A stretch of 64,000 nt of DNA, from the NCBI GenBank assembly GCA_964016885.1, contig OZ024740.1, forward strand, positions 62,062,001 through 62,126,000. The letters are read 5' to 3'. This DNA comes from Eledone cirrhosa. Lineage: Eukaryota. The translations under genes and the position numbers were made by a program. Below the pieces are notes generated by a model. The model did no database searches. It was not told the DNA's origin and saw only the letters and a list, made by a program, of their open reading frames with translations. Each line of letters opens with the position of its first letter. Position 1 is the stretch's first letter. Positions 30,123-43,420 of the stretch are shown here, piece by piece.

Positions 30123-31190
30123 CATCATCATCATTACTGTTTTACGTCTGTTCTTCCATGCTAGCATGGGTTAGACGGGTTGTCCTGTTGTGGGCAGTGT
30201 CCGGTCGGCTGACCTTGTCTTGCTCATACGGGAACTGATTCTGGCTTGATTTTTACAGCTGGATGCCCTTCCTAACACCAACCTCATTTACAGTGAGTGC
30301 TGGGTGCTTTTTTGCCGTGGCGCCTACACGTCCACTTTACAGCGTGGGCTGGGTGCTTATTTTGCTGTGGCACCTCCACGACCACTTTGCAATGGCAGGG
30401 TGTGGGGGCATATTGTCTATATGCTTCAGCTTCGGCTTGTACCCATGGGGGGTCGGGTCTTCTGAATTACTGAGTGACGCCAGAGGTCACAGTCATGTGT
30501 CATCGCCTTTGAGAGATGTAATTGGGTAAGGTTGGCTTTTATCACCTCATCCCAGGTCTTCTTAGGTCTCCCCACTCCGCAGTTTCTATCGACTTCTAGT
30601 GCTCTGCACCTTTTTATGCAGCTGTCATCCTTCATACTCAGCACATGTCCATACCAATGCAACCGCCTCTCCTGCACACAGCATTTGATTCCTCTTATGC
30701 TCAGTCTCTCTCTTAATTCATTTATGCTTTGCCGTTCGCGTATATTACTATTACACATCCATTGGAGCATGCAGGCTTCATTTCTTTCTAATCTATGCAA
30801 GTCTTCCACAGACAGCGCCCAGGTCTCACTACCATGTAACATTGCTGTTCGTATACATGCATCATACAGTGCTCCCTGAACTTCTTCCATCCTGTTCTTA
30901 CCCTAGTTATTGTATTTTCCAAACATCCACCTCCGCTGCTAATTCGGTCACCTAGGTAGCAGAAGCTGTCTACAGAGCCCTCCCAGAGTTTGGTGGTACT
31001 TGTTTCCTGTGGCTGTTTGCTGCTTGCTGTCCCAGCACAGCTGCTACATGTGAAGCCTACATTCTTCTTTAAGCTTCCTGAGATCCCGCTACATCTCTTG
31101 TGTATGCATTGTTTGCATTTGGGGCAGAGAATGGAATTCCTACCTACACCTTTCCTACATACTGAGCAAGGCCATTTCCCTGAGGGGATC
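30121..31190 (-). mobile_element. RTE LINE 3' fragment, divergent subfamily
   Basis: PSGKWPCSVCRKGVGRNSILC... and ERRLHWYGHV...GRPKKTWDEVI; (GAT)n tail. Confidence 0.9.
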
Positions 31191-31204
31191 TGAGTTATAT
31201 ATAT

Positions 31205-31677
31205 ATATAAGTATGTATACGTACATACATATATGTGTACAGACGTACAGTAGTATGTATATATATACATACATGCACACATATATATATGTACGTATGG
31301 GTTTACCGAACATTTATTATAATGTTCGGTTTGTTTGAAAACAAACAGCGTGAATTACGCCATACAGTGCTCGGCAACCAAGCTAATAAGCTAATAAGCT
31401 TGAAACTAGTACATCATTCCTGTGTCAGTGTTGAACAAAAGGGCGAGGATGGTTGCCAAGCACTGTATGGCGTAATTCGGGCTGTTTGTTTACAAACAAA
31501 CCGAACATTATAATAAATGTTCGGTAAACCCATACGTACATATATATATGTGTGCATGTATGTATATACACATACTACTGTACGTCTGTACACATATATG
31601 TATGTACGTATACATACTTATATTTAGGTGTCAGCCGTACTAAGAGTGAGAAATGAAATTTCGTTTCATTCTTTTCC

Positions 31678-31680
<3 letters not shown>
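31205..31680 (+). mobile_element. Fold-back element: diverged relative of the 465-bp retrozyme with ~175-bp inverted arms
   Basis: Arms 31205-31380 / 31450-31623. Colinear similarity to the 465-bp unit (AATAA...GAAACTAGT.CA..ATTCCTGT; tttaggtgtcagccgtac vs tttaagcgtcagtcatac; gaaatttcgtttc). Confidence 0.75.
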
Positions 31681-31739
<59 letters not shown>

Positions 31740-31849
31740 ACAATTTTAAACGACATATAGAAATATATCAATTGAGAAACTAACCAGGTTTTTGTTTCAA
31801 TATGTATATATATATTAAAGACTGGTTAGTTTCTCAATTGATATATTCT

Positions 31850-33376
31850 ATCATCATCATCATCATCGTTTAACGTTCATATTCCACGCTTGCATGGGTT
31901 TGGACGAGAGTTTTCCCACTTGAGGCAAGATTGGTTGTCTTGCTCGCATAAGACTGTCTGGCGGGTTTTCTACAGCTGGATGCCCTTCCTAACACCAACC
32001 ACATTTACAGTGTGGAACTGGGAGGTTTTTACCGTGTTACCTACACGGCCACATTACAGCGTGGACTGTGTGTTTTTTTTGTCGTGACATCTACACGACC
32101 TCATTTGTTTTGGGCTGAATGTTGTGGTACCAACATAACTTTACATTGAAAGGGGTGGTGTGGATGAGGTGGGGGTAGTGGGACGGGGGTGTATTTTGTT
32201 AGAGGTGCCTACTGACTGTAGTAGGTTTCACTTTGTACTTAGGTAAGGCGGGTCTTCTCTATTACAGTGTAGCGCCAAAGATCTCGGTCTAGTGACATTG
32301 TCTTGAAGAGGTGTAAGTGTGTGAGGTCGGAATTTATCAAGTCGTCCCAGGTTTTTCTGGGTCTGCCTACTCTGTGGCTACCGTCTATTTTTATTGCCCT
32401 GCACTTTTTTATACAGCTGTCGTCTTTCATGCACATCACGTGACCATACCAACGTAGCCTTCTCTCGAGTAAACAACATCTGATCCCTCTTATTTCTAAT
32501 TTTTCCCCTAGTTCGTTTATGCTTTGCCGTTCACGTATATTACTATTACACATCCAGCGGAGCATGCAAGCTTCGTTCCTCTCCAGTCTGCGTATATCCT
32601 CTGCACACAATGCCCAGGTCTCACTGCCATGCAACATTGCTGTTCGTATGCAGGCATCATACAGCCTGCCTTTCATTTTTAGGGAGAATGCCTTAGCGGC
32701 TAATAGTGGTATAAGCTCTCTGGACTTTTTCCATCGAGTTCTAACTCTAGCTACTGTACTTTCAGAGCACCCTCCCCACTGCTGATTTTGTCACCCAGGT
32801 AACGGAAGCTGTCCACTATTTCTATAGAACCATTTGTGCAATGGAGTGAGCTCGCATTCTGTGGGCACTTGCTGCTACTTATTGCACCAGAGCACTGGCC
32901 ACATATAAAATCTATGTTCTTAGTTAGCTTACCTGTGATCCCACTACATCTTTTATGCACCCATACTTTGCATTTGGGACATAAAATGGAGTTTCTACCT
33001 ACTCCTTTCCTACACACTGAGCATGGCCATTTCCCGGATGGGACCGGCGCCCTATTTTCCTTCCTACAAACTAGAACTTTAGTCTTAGATAGGTTAATTT
33101 TAAGGCCTTTTGATTCTAGGCCATGCTTCCATGTTTTGAATTTCTTCTCTAGTTCGGCCATTGATTCAGCTATGAGCGTTAGATCATCTGCGTATAGGAG
33201 TTCCCATGGGCAGCCGGTCTGGAACTCCACTGTTATAGCCTGAAGGGCAATAATAAATAGTAGGGGGCTAAGAACGGAGCCCTGATGAACACCAACTTTT
33301 ACGCTAAACTCTTCACTATATTCGTTGTTAATTCTAACCTTGCTGACTGTTTCTTTATACATGGCTTGTATAGCTC
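31850..33376 (-). mobile_element. RTE LINE 3' fragment
   Basis: ORFs 32751-33362 and 32239-32676; 3' UTR and (GAT)n tail. Confidence 0.94.
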
Positions 33377-33576
33377 TATATATTGTTTAAAATTATATTA
33401 TATTATGGATGCTCTAAACAAAAGTTTTTATTGGGCTGTTTTTGAGAAACATTATCTATACATATTCTATACATATAAATTAAACCTAAAATTAAATTAT
33501 ATATAACCAAATATATACAGAGAAAGGGTCATATATCATAAAAGAAATGTGGTATGTTTTATATATATATATATAT

Positions 33577-33694
33577 ATAGGAAAAAGTATGACCCCGATG
33601 GCAGAGCTCAAGCCGTTTCGACGGCTATTTCTGGACTCAGAAATAGCCGTCAAAACGGCTTGAGCTCTGCCGTCGGGGTCATACTTTTTCCTAT
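33577..33694. repeat. Near-perfect 118-bp palindrome between TA tracts
   Basis: 57-bp arms, 4-nt loop GACT, two mismatches. Confidence 0.95.
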
Positions 33695-33770
33695 TTCGAC
33701 TCTACTACCCTAAGTATTGAGTACTCTGGTGCGTTATGGTCCATCTGGTTCCTTACCACAATTCCTTTGT

Positions 33771-33807
<37 letters not shown>

Positions 33808-33991
33808 CCAAATACATATTCTGCTGAAGAATATATACACAGATGCAATCGTAAGTTATTTCTGTTTGCATTTTGCACATATATACGTATATATGTGTGT
33901 GTGTGTGCAAAAGGCAAACAAATAACAAAGCAAATGACACAGTACAATAAAGAAATATATTAATTTTGTATTTGATATAGTAGGAAAAGAG

Positions 33992-34027
33992 TCTTAACGT
34001 TTTGGACGATAGTCTGTCATCAGAAAT
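33992..34027 (-). ncRNA. Degenerate hammerhead relic
   Basis: Minus strand CTGATGA-CA-GAC-TATC-GTC-C-AAAACGTT; G12 mutated. Confidence 0.4.
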
Positions 34028-34374
34028 TAGGATGAGAAATTAAAGAAGAAATGGAAAGATAGAGGTGAGTGGGCAGATCAGCGTGAGAGAGAAATAGAAT
34101 TGTGAGATGATGAGAAAGAAGTAGTCAGAAGAGAATAGTGGAGGAAAAGTGCTAGTAAGTCATAGTATATTGGTATTAAATCAAAAAGCAATGAGAAAAT
34201 CCAGTGATCCAAAAAGATATCCAAGTGGAAGTTCAGGTAGAGTTTGGGTAAAAATTCACTGCAGGAGATAAACATTTTTCATCTTGATGTTATAGTCACT
34301 TATATGTCTGAATTATTGTTGGCTTTTTGCTTACATTAATTTCTCTATTTTCATTTATATATATATATATATAT

Positions 34375-34600
34375 TATAATAATAATAATTGTTTCTACTT
34401 TAGGCACAAGGCCAGCAATTTTTTTAAGGGGAGGGGAAAGTCGATTAAATTGACCCAAGTACATTACTGGTGCTTTATTTTATCGGCTCTGTAAGGATGA
34501 AAGGCAAAGTTAACTTTGGTGGGATTTGAACTCAGACTGTAAAGGGGCGTAACTCTATGCTGCAAAACATGGCATCCAACTCTCTACCAATACTGCCAAT
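34375..34600 (-). mobile_element. tRNA-derived SINE with conserved central domain and (TTA)n tail
   Basis: Shared block actggtactttattttatcgaccc...aaggatgaaaggcaaagt...gggatttgaactc. Other copies at 38072-38300, 38308-38480, 39200-39375, 39712-39928 (+), 41580-41790. Confidence 0.8.
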
Positions 34601-34635
34601 AAGCATGGATGAGGTGTCAAATTTTCATTATATTT

Positions 34636-34730
34636 ATTCTGGTGTGACGCGTGTTTCATGATTGATCAGCTCACGGTTCGATCTGTACTGATTGAGCCCA
34701 ACTCTGGAATCAAAAGCTCATCAGAGTTTT
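34636..34730 (-). ncRNA. Degenerate hammerhead relic
   Basis: Minus strand AACT-CTGATGAG...GAAAC-ACGC-GTC then AATAAA; stem I does not pair. Confidence 0.4.
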
Positions 34731-35059
34731 GTTACAGCAATGAGGGAATGATTCCTGCACAACGTTAAGAAAATACTATATATATATATATACATATGTA
34801 AAAGGCAAACAGAAATAACAAAATAAATGAAATGTTAAACTAATATATGTTGTTTGTTTTGTTATTTCTGTTTGCCTTTTGCATGCTATTTGATAATTCT
34901 GTCTGATTGTTCAAAACAATCTTCTTGTATTTTAAAATCCCATAATTCTGTCAGACCCCCGAAAATAATCTTCTACTAGTATTTAAACTCTTATTACTCT
35001 TATTACTGTTATATGCTCATTTAATTATGGCCGAATTTCTAGGATTATATTATAAAATA

Positions 35060-38000
35060 ACCTTCTCGCTAACTCCCTCAGATCCCTCCCCCTGTCCCAC
35101 TCGCCACCATTATTATTTGGTCCAATCATAATTCAGCGGCTTATAATGTTTCTCCTACCAATCTCTTTCACAAAACCACTGCCTCGGCTATCACTTCTTA
35201 AGTTTAGACCTGGTTGCTTCTTGATATACTAGATGGACTGTGGAATTCTGGAGAGTCTGAACAATCTGGACACTCAATGACAATGCCAAAGATAAAGATA
35301 AATTCACCTCATATTGCGGACAAGAATGCAAGGACACCTTCTCTTTATTTCGGCCGCGGATGGCTATCATAATCCCATCTCCCTCACCCCTCCCTGCGCC
35401 TCATCCTTCCCACCCACCAAATGCAATCCAAAACTTCAGAGTTGGTACCATGAATATAGGCACCTTAAAAGGTCGCTCTAATGAGGTTGTAGAGATGCTT
35501 GAACGTAAGGAAGTTGATGTTTGCTGGAGGGGTGGGTCTGTTAGATTCATTGTGGGTAAAAAACGATGCTCTAAACTTTTCTGGGTGGGAAATGACAATG
35601 GGCTGAGTGGTGTAGGAATCATGCTAGCAGAAAAATGGGTAGATAAGATAATAGACATAAATAGAGTGAACGACAGAATAATTAAAATAAGACTTGTCCT
35701 AAATAGAACTACTGTAACAATAATATCCGCATATGCACCCCAATCAGGACTGCCTGGCATTATAAAAGACAGATTCTATAAGTTGCTAATGCTCACTACC
35801 TCCCAAATAACCGACAGTGACTACATAATTATTGCTGGCGACCTAAATGGTCATGTTGGACAACATTGTGAAGGCTATGACGGAATCCATGGAGGCTATG
35901 GGTTTGGTACTAGAAATGAGGAAGGCTCCAGAATCCTGGAATTCTGTGACGCAAATAACCTAACTATCTGTAACACAAACTTCAAAAAACGAGACAATCA
36001 CTTGATCACCTATAGATCATGGGAACACTCCAGTCAGATAGATTATATCCTTACCAGAAGACCTGACAGAGTGTCTGTTGTAAACACTAAATCCCTCCCC
36101 CATGAAGAATGCACCTCACAGCATAGCCTCATAGAAGAATATGGAAGTTAAAGGAACCCACAGCCAGTAACAAATTTAAAAGCATATTACTTGATGCTTT
36201 TGACAGTAAGGAAGAGCAATTAGAGTCATACAATATAGAGGAACAGTGGGAATTCCTGAAAGCTAACCTGCTGAAGGCGACAGATAAAATCTGTGGCTGG
36301 AGCAGACCTATAGGCAGGAGGAAAGTAACTTGGTGGTGGAACAGTAAGGTGGAGGAGTCAATCAAGGCCAAAAAGAAGGCTTGGAAAGTATGGCGGAAGT
36401 AGAGAAGACTATCAAGTGACCAGGAGGGAAGCTAGGAGATAAGTGTACTTCGCAAGAAGGGAAGCAGAGGAAAGAAAGTTCAAACATATTCTACAACGCG
36501 AGGACCAAAAACGTGACGTGTTCAGGATTGCTAGGCGATGTGTCAAGGAAAACCGTGATATTGTCGGGAAGAAGTGTGTCCGTAATGATGATGCTATACT
36601 TGCCATCACTGACGCTGATAAGAAGGTAGCTTGGAAGTGTCACTACGAGAGGCTACTAAATGAGGAGAATAAATGGGACAAAGTTAGTCTGCCCCACATC
36701 GATCCAATAGAGGGACCAGCAGTGCAAGTTAAAGGTAGTATAATAAGTAAGGCAATCAAAGATATGAAGACAGGCAAGGCAGCTGTGCCTTCGGAGATAG
36801 TTGCTGAAATGCTGAAAGCATCTTAAATGGTGGGACACACTATGGTCACCCGGATAGTAAACCAAGTCATACAGAATGGGGTCATACCAAATGACTGGCG
36901 TAGCAACATCATCATTAACTGCTACAAGGGTAAAGGAGATGCCCTAGATAGGGGAAACTATAGAGGCATTAAATTAATTGAGCAGGTCATGAAGGTCACA
37001 GAAAAAGTTATAGCACAATTAATCAGAGAGCGAATTGATCTAGATGAAATGCAGTTTGGGTTTGCGTCAGGTAAAAGTACCACAGATGCTCTTTTCCTTG
37101 TACGACAACTTCAGGAGAAGTACCTAGCTAAAAGTGAGAACTATACAAGCCATGTATAAAGAAACAGTCAGCAAGGTTAGAATTAACAATGAATATAGTG
37201 AAGAATTTAGCGTAAAAGTTGGTGTTCATCAGGGCTCTGCCCTTAGCCCCCTCCTATTTATTATTGCCCTCAGGCTATAACAGAGGAGTTCAAGACCGGC
37301 TACCCATGGGAACTTCTATATGCAGATGATCTAACGCTCATAGCTGAATCAATGGCTGAACTAGAGAAGAAATTCCAAACATGGAAGCATGGCCTACAAT
37401 CAAAAGGCCTTAAAATTAACTTGTCTGAGACTAAAGTTCTAGTATGTAGGAAGGAAAATAGGGCACTGATCCCCTCTGGGAAATGGCCTTGCTGAGTGTG
37501 TAGGAAAGGAGTAGGCAGAAACTCCATATTATGTCCCAAATGCAAAGTATGGGTGCATAAAAGATGTAGTAGGATCACAGGTAATCTAACTAAGAGAATA
37601 GATTTTATATGTGGCCGGTGCTCAGGTGCAATAAGTAGTAGCAAGTGCCCACAGGATACTAGCTCCTTCCATTGCCCAGATGGTTCTATTGAAATAGTGG
37701 ACACCTTCTGTTACCTGGGTGACAAAATCAGCAGTGGTGGAGGGTGCTCTGAACGTACAGAAGCTAGAGTCAGAACGGGATGGAAAAAGTTCAGAGTTTA
37801 TACCACTATTGGCCGCTAAAGGTTTCTCCCTGCTCTGTGGAAGCCGTGGAGAGAGAGAGAAGTGTGGCTGTCATTATATCCGAATATAAACTAGTCCCAA
37901 CTCATTATAAAGGACGGAGGCATGATATCATAGGAAAAGTGATCCACTGGCATTTATGTAAACTGAATAATTTACCCCATTATGAGAAGTAGTATGAGAT

Positions 38001-39635
38001 AAGCCAGAGCCAGTAATAGAAAACGATCGGATGAAGGTGTTGTGGGATTTCAGGATACAAACAGATAAATTCATAATAATGGTTTTTTCATTTAGGCACA
38101 AGGCCAACAATTTGTGGCTGGGAGAGGTAAGTTGATTAAATCAACCCCAGTGTGTTACTGGTACTTTATTTTATCAACCCTGTAAGGATGAAAGGCAATG
38201 CTAACCTCAGCGGGATTTGAACTTGGAATGCAAGGGGCCATAACTCTATGCTGAAAAGCATGGTGTCTGATGCTCTATCGATACTGCCAATCCACCTCAT
38301 TATTCGTAATAATAATAATGTTTCTACTTCTGGCACAAGGCCAGCAATTATCCCAGTGCATTACTGGTGCTTTATTTTATCGACGCCATAAGGATGAAAG
38401 GCAAAGTTAACTTCGGCAGATTTGAACTCAAGGCGTAAAGGGCCATAACTCTATGCTGCAAAACATGGTGTCTGATACTGCCCAGAAAATATTAATTAGT
38501 AGAAATGTAGTTGCGAAAATGACATGTACCTTCACCCTGTACTTGTCTTTCATTAATTTTCTGAGGGCCAGAGTCAGAACAGGATGGAAAAAGTTCAGAG
38601 AGCTTTACCACTGTTGGCCACAAAAGGTTTCTCTCTAAAAATGAAAGGCAGATTGTATGATGCATGTATACGAACAGCAATGCTACATGGCAGTGAGACA
38701 TGGGCATTGCGTGCAGAGGACCTGTGCAGACTGGAAAGGAACAAAGCATGCATGCTCTGTTGGATGTGTAATAGTAATATACGTGAACTAAGTGAGAAAT
38801 TAGGAATAAGAGGGATCAGATGCTGTTTACTTGAGAGAAGACTACATTGGTATGGTCACGTGATGCGCATGAAAGACGACAGCTGTATAAAAAAGTGCAG
38901 GGCGATCAAATTTGATGGAAGTTACGGAGTAGGTAGACCCAGAAAAACCTGGGATGATTTGATAAATTCCGACCTTACACACTTACACCTCTCCAAGACA
39001 ATGTCACTGGACCGAGATCTTTGGCGCTACGCAGTAATACAGAAGACCCACCTTGCCTATGTACAAAGCGAAACCTACAGTCAGTAGGCACCTCTTAACC
39101 AAATATACACCCCAATCCACTACCCTATCCTCCGACTCCCACCAACACCACCCTCTCTCTGTAAAATTGGTATCACAACATTCAGTCTAAATAAATGAGA
39201 TAATTGTTTCTACTTTAGGCACAAGGCCCGCAATTATCCCAGTGCATTACTGGTACTTTATTTTATCGACCCCGTAAGGATGAAAGGCAAAGTTAACCTC
39301 GGCGGGATTTGAACTCAGATCATAAAGGGACGTAACTATGCTGGATAGCATGGCGTCCGACCCTCTACCGATTGAGATAATGAGATCGAGATCGTGTAGG
39401 TGTCACAACAAAAAAAACACACAGTCCACGCTGTAATGTGGCCGTGTAGTAACACGCTAAAAAGTTCCCAGTCCACACTGTAAATGTGGTTGGTGTTAGG
39501 AAGGGCATCCAGCCGTAGAAAACCTGCCAGATAGTCCCATATGAGCAAGACACGGTCACCCGACCAACCTTGCCTCAAGTGGGACAACTCCCGTCTAACA
39601 CATGCTAGTGTGGAAGATGGATGTTAAATGAAGAT
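35060..39635 (+). mobile_element. Degenerate near full-length RTE LINE with nested insertions
   Basis: APE ORF 35360-36151, broken RT 36443-37819, C-terminus 38584-39087, 3' UTR split by a SINE (TSD-like tgagataat). Confidence 0.92.
37832..38072 (+). mobile_element. Fragment of an RLE-type LINE (R4/Dong-like zinc-knuckle/RLE linker)
   Basis: YKGRRHDIIGKVIHWHLCKL...; next frame PEPVIENDRMKVLWDFRIQTDK, characteristic of restriction-like endonuclease LINEs. Confidence 0.75.
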
Positions 39636-40339
39636 ACAAGGTTTTTTTTATACAAACTAGAGTAAATATATACACTATTCCTTTTCCTATATTATGATTA
39701 TTTCATTAATATTGGCAAAATCGGCAGAGCGTCAGACAATATGCTTTACAGCATAGCATTACAGCCCTTTATGTTCTGAATTCAAATCCCGCCGAGGTAG
39801 CTTTGCCTTTCATCCTTAGGATCGATAAAATAAAGCATCAGTAATGCACTGGGGTTGATTTAACTGACTTTCTCCTCTCCTCAAATTGCTGGCCTTGTGC
39901 CTATAGTAGAAATCATTATTATTATTAGATTTGCCGAGTTCTGTGTTTGAGGAAAAGCCTTCTACTGAAACAATTGTAAAAATGTGAAAACTTATTTCTC
40001 TCATCTTAATTTGTTTTATATGTTCAGTGTTAAAATAGCAACACTTCTAACATTTAAACATCTGTATATTTCTAGCTGTATAAACACATTGAGCTTAAGT
40101 CTTCTCAATCACAATTTCTTTTCAAGTAACTACATTTATTCTTATATATTATCATGTGGGTATATGTATCATGTATATATATAAGATGAAGTAACATCTA
40201 GCAGTCTCTAGTATGCACTAGTTTTCCTCTTCCCTTTCCATACATCACCCATCACCAGCTAAGTACTCCACCCTACCATACACCCCCATCTGACGCACCT
40301 CTCTTGACCAACAAGTTCTCCCATAATGCTACTGAAATG

Positions 40340-41092
40340 GCTTATGGCTAATAGCTCTCAGTCCACCCTGTAAGGTGGTCACACACAAACATGAGACTCA
40401 AAAGTGGACCTAGCCCTCTCCTGGTAAGGTAACATGACAACAGAGCATCTAGCTTTCCCAGCAAGATGGTCATGTTGGAGACATGACAAATAAGCATCCA
40501 GTTCACCCTGTAAGGTGGTCATGTTGGTGATATGACAGGAGGTACCAAGTCCACCCTGTAATGTGGGAGTGTCGGTGGCATGACAGAAGGCATCCAGCCT
40601 GCCCTGTGGAGTAGGCGGGTTGGTGACATGACAAAAGCAACCAGTCCAGCCTTTAGTGTGGTATGTTATCGAAACAACAATAATGCCCAGTCCACACTGT
40701 AAAGTGGTTGTTTTCATGCCACAGCAAAAAGCACTCAGTATACACTGTAAAGTGGTTGTGTACATGTCATGACAAAAAGCGCCCAGTCCTCACTGTAAAG
40801 TGGTCATTTTGGTGCCATGATAAAAGGCACCCAGTCCATGCTGTATATATAGTTGGTGTTAGGAAAGGTATCCAGCCATAGAAATCAAGGCAGAAACAGT
40901 CCCATATGAGCAAGACACAGTCATCTCTTGACTTTACTCACAATGGGACAACTCGTCTAACCCATGCTAACATGGAAGAATGGATGTTAAATTGTGATGA
41001 TGATGATGATGATGATGATGATGACATACATATATATAACCCATAAATGCAAGCATGGAAAAATAGATGTTAAACGGAGATGATGATGATGT
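40340..41092 (+). mobile_element. RTE-type 3' tail with expanded ~45-bp minisatellite and (GAT)n
   Basis: Roughly ten degenerate units cagtccaccctgtaaggtggt...catgacaaaaagcacc. Confidence 0.75.
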
Positions 41093-42239
41093 TAATATAC
41101 ATACATATATTTACATGAGTGGGTGAGTTGTATTTCGTACTACTATCTCTGGTAGAACGCACTCAATACAGGCTAATTGTAGAGTAAGAATTCGAGTGAA
41201 TTGTGCAGTTCAAACCTCAGAGTTACCAGTGGTTTCACCAAAAGCAATAATTAATCAGTTACTGCCCTCCTTAACATGGATGCCCTTCTTAACACAAATC
41301 ACCGAAACTCCATGTATTTTAACGTCATGTCCTCCCTCAACAAGTCTGAGACCCCACTACACTACATTATATCCGTTTGTCAGCCACGTGACAGACTGTA
41401 CTGGGTGCATTTTAGCAGGGTGCCAACACTTGAGAGGTTGCTTTGACTTTTATTCTATGTCATCTTCATTCTTCCATGGTCGAATATGCCGGAGGGGGAG
41501 TGATGACCTTGAGGTTAAATGAGGTGAGAGTACAAAGTGTAAATACGAATATTTATACAGTCGCAACTGAAAGGTACAGAATATAACGTTTTCGAATTTA
41601 GGCACAAAGCCAGCAATTTGCAGGGAGAGGAAAGTCAATGATATTGACCCAAGGATGTGACTGGTACTTTATTTTATCGACCAGGGAAGGATGAAAGGCA
41701 AAGTTGATCTTGGCAGGATTTGAACTCAGAATATAGAGCTGGAACAAATACCGCATTGCATTCCATCCGGTGCTCTAACGATTCTGCCAATCCACAGTCC
41801 AGAAACATACAATAACAAGCACATTTATTGACGTTTTGCCGCAAGCAGTATACATCCAATCTTATGTAATTAACTGTAATGTATATGAGTTCATGAGTAT
41901 CCGTATTTAAGTTATAACGTTAAATCATCTTTTCGTAACATATCTATTGTAATAAGTCATGTGTGAACACGGTGATCTTGTAGTTTGTATTTTTTGTTTA
42001 TATCATATATTGTTATTTTTTAGCCTTAGGTCAGCTGTAATTTAGTTGACATTTGATCAAAAATATTCCAACTGAGCCCATCCCTATATTTTTCGGACAT
42101 AATCTAAGTAGTACTATATTGTTCTGTGTTCTTCCTCCTTTTTTAAAGACAGTTGAGTGTAATTTGAGGGCTGTTTGGCTGCTATGTGTTACAGCTCGAG
42201 TGATTATAGAAAGATTCTCACTCGTTGGTTGGATATATT

Positions 42240-43369
42240 TCGTTGTATATACATGCGCAGACTATAACGCGTGTTGCTAACACAAGCCGTGGATATACTT
42301 CTAAACACCTGCTAACCTCCCTACCCGCTTCAATAATTTATGTCAGTGGTCACATGACACGAGTGATGCTGTATACTTGTAGCCTCGATGTGAAATTTCC
42401 GCCCTCTCTTCTAATGGCCGCCATATCTAGTTTTTTCTTTAGTCATCTTTCAACCACTATCATCAGTACCGTGAAATAATTTTTTGCTTCATTCCATCAA
42501 TGAGATTATGCAACCTATTATATGTGTTTATGTAAATACGAAAATATATGTAAAACGTACATTGATGAACGCAATCGTTCAGTCGAGCATATCTACGAAA
42601 CATTTACCATTTCAAACCTGAAGGTGTAACCACTCCTTCAATTTAGTAGATATAAATCATTTAAAAATTAAAGAATAGCAATATATAAACTTCCAAATAC
42701 TACATACACTAATACATTTGAATGCATATTTCATTAAAACTGTGTTTGCCAACTACTTTAATACTGTCCAACACCGTATAAACTGCATTTAAACATGTAG
42801 ATGTATTAACCTACTAAATTTTAAGTGTCACCATTACGTTCTCCTTGTATCTTTTCTTCTTCTTCTATCATATATACGTGTTCCGTTCAATGAGTAACTC
42901 CCCTTGATTCTCCTCTCTTTCTTTCTCTGTATTTTTTCTTCTATGTATCGCACACACGTTGAGCGAGTAACTCCCCCTGTTTATCTCCTCCCGCTCCCTC
43001 TCTCTCTATCTGTATCTACCCCTCCCTCAATGATCAACCTCGAAATATTGCTCTCTTTCACTCTCTTAATACTGTGTTGAAAGGACTACGACGCCCCGCC
43101 AGCGGAAGCACCAACTATATACGTCTTCTTACTTTTCTAAACGTTGTCTTCGTTTTTACCCGACACTTGGATTCTCCAGGTAAATATAATCTATTCAATA
43201 CAAACAAATATTACATTTTCTATCGTCTACCAAACATTACACTTTCTATCATCATATATTTTCATATATAGTTGGTTGTATAATCTCGTTGATGGAATGA
43301 AATAAAAAATGATTTCACGATTCTGATGAACTTTGTATACACTAACAACAGTTTATATATATATATAAA

Positions 43370-43420
<51 letters not shown>

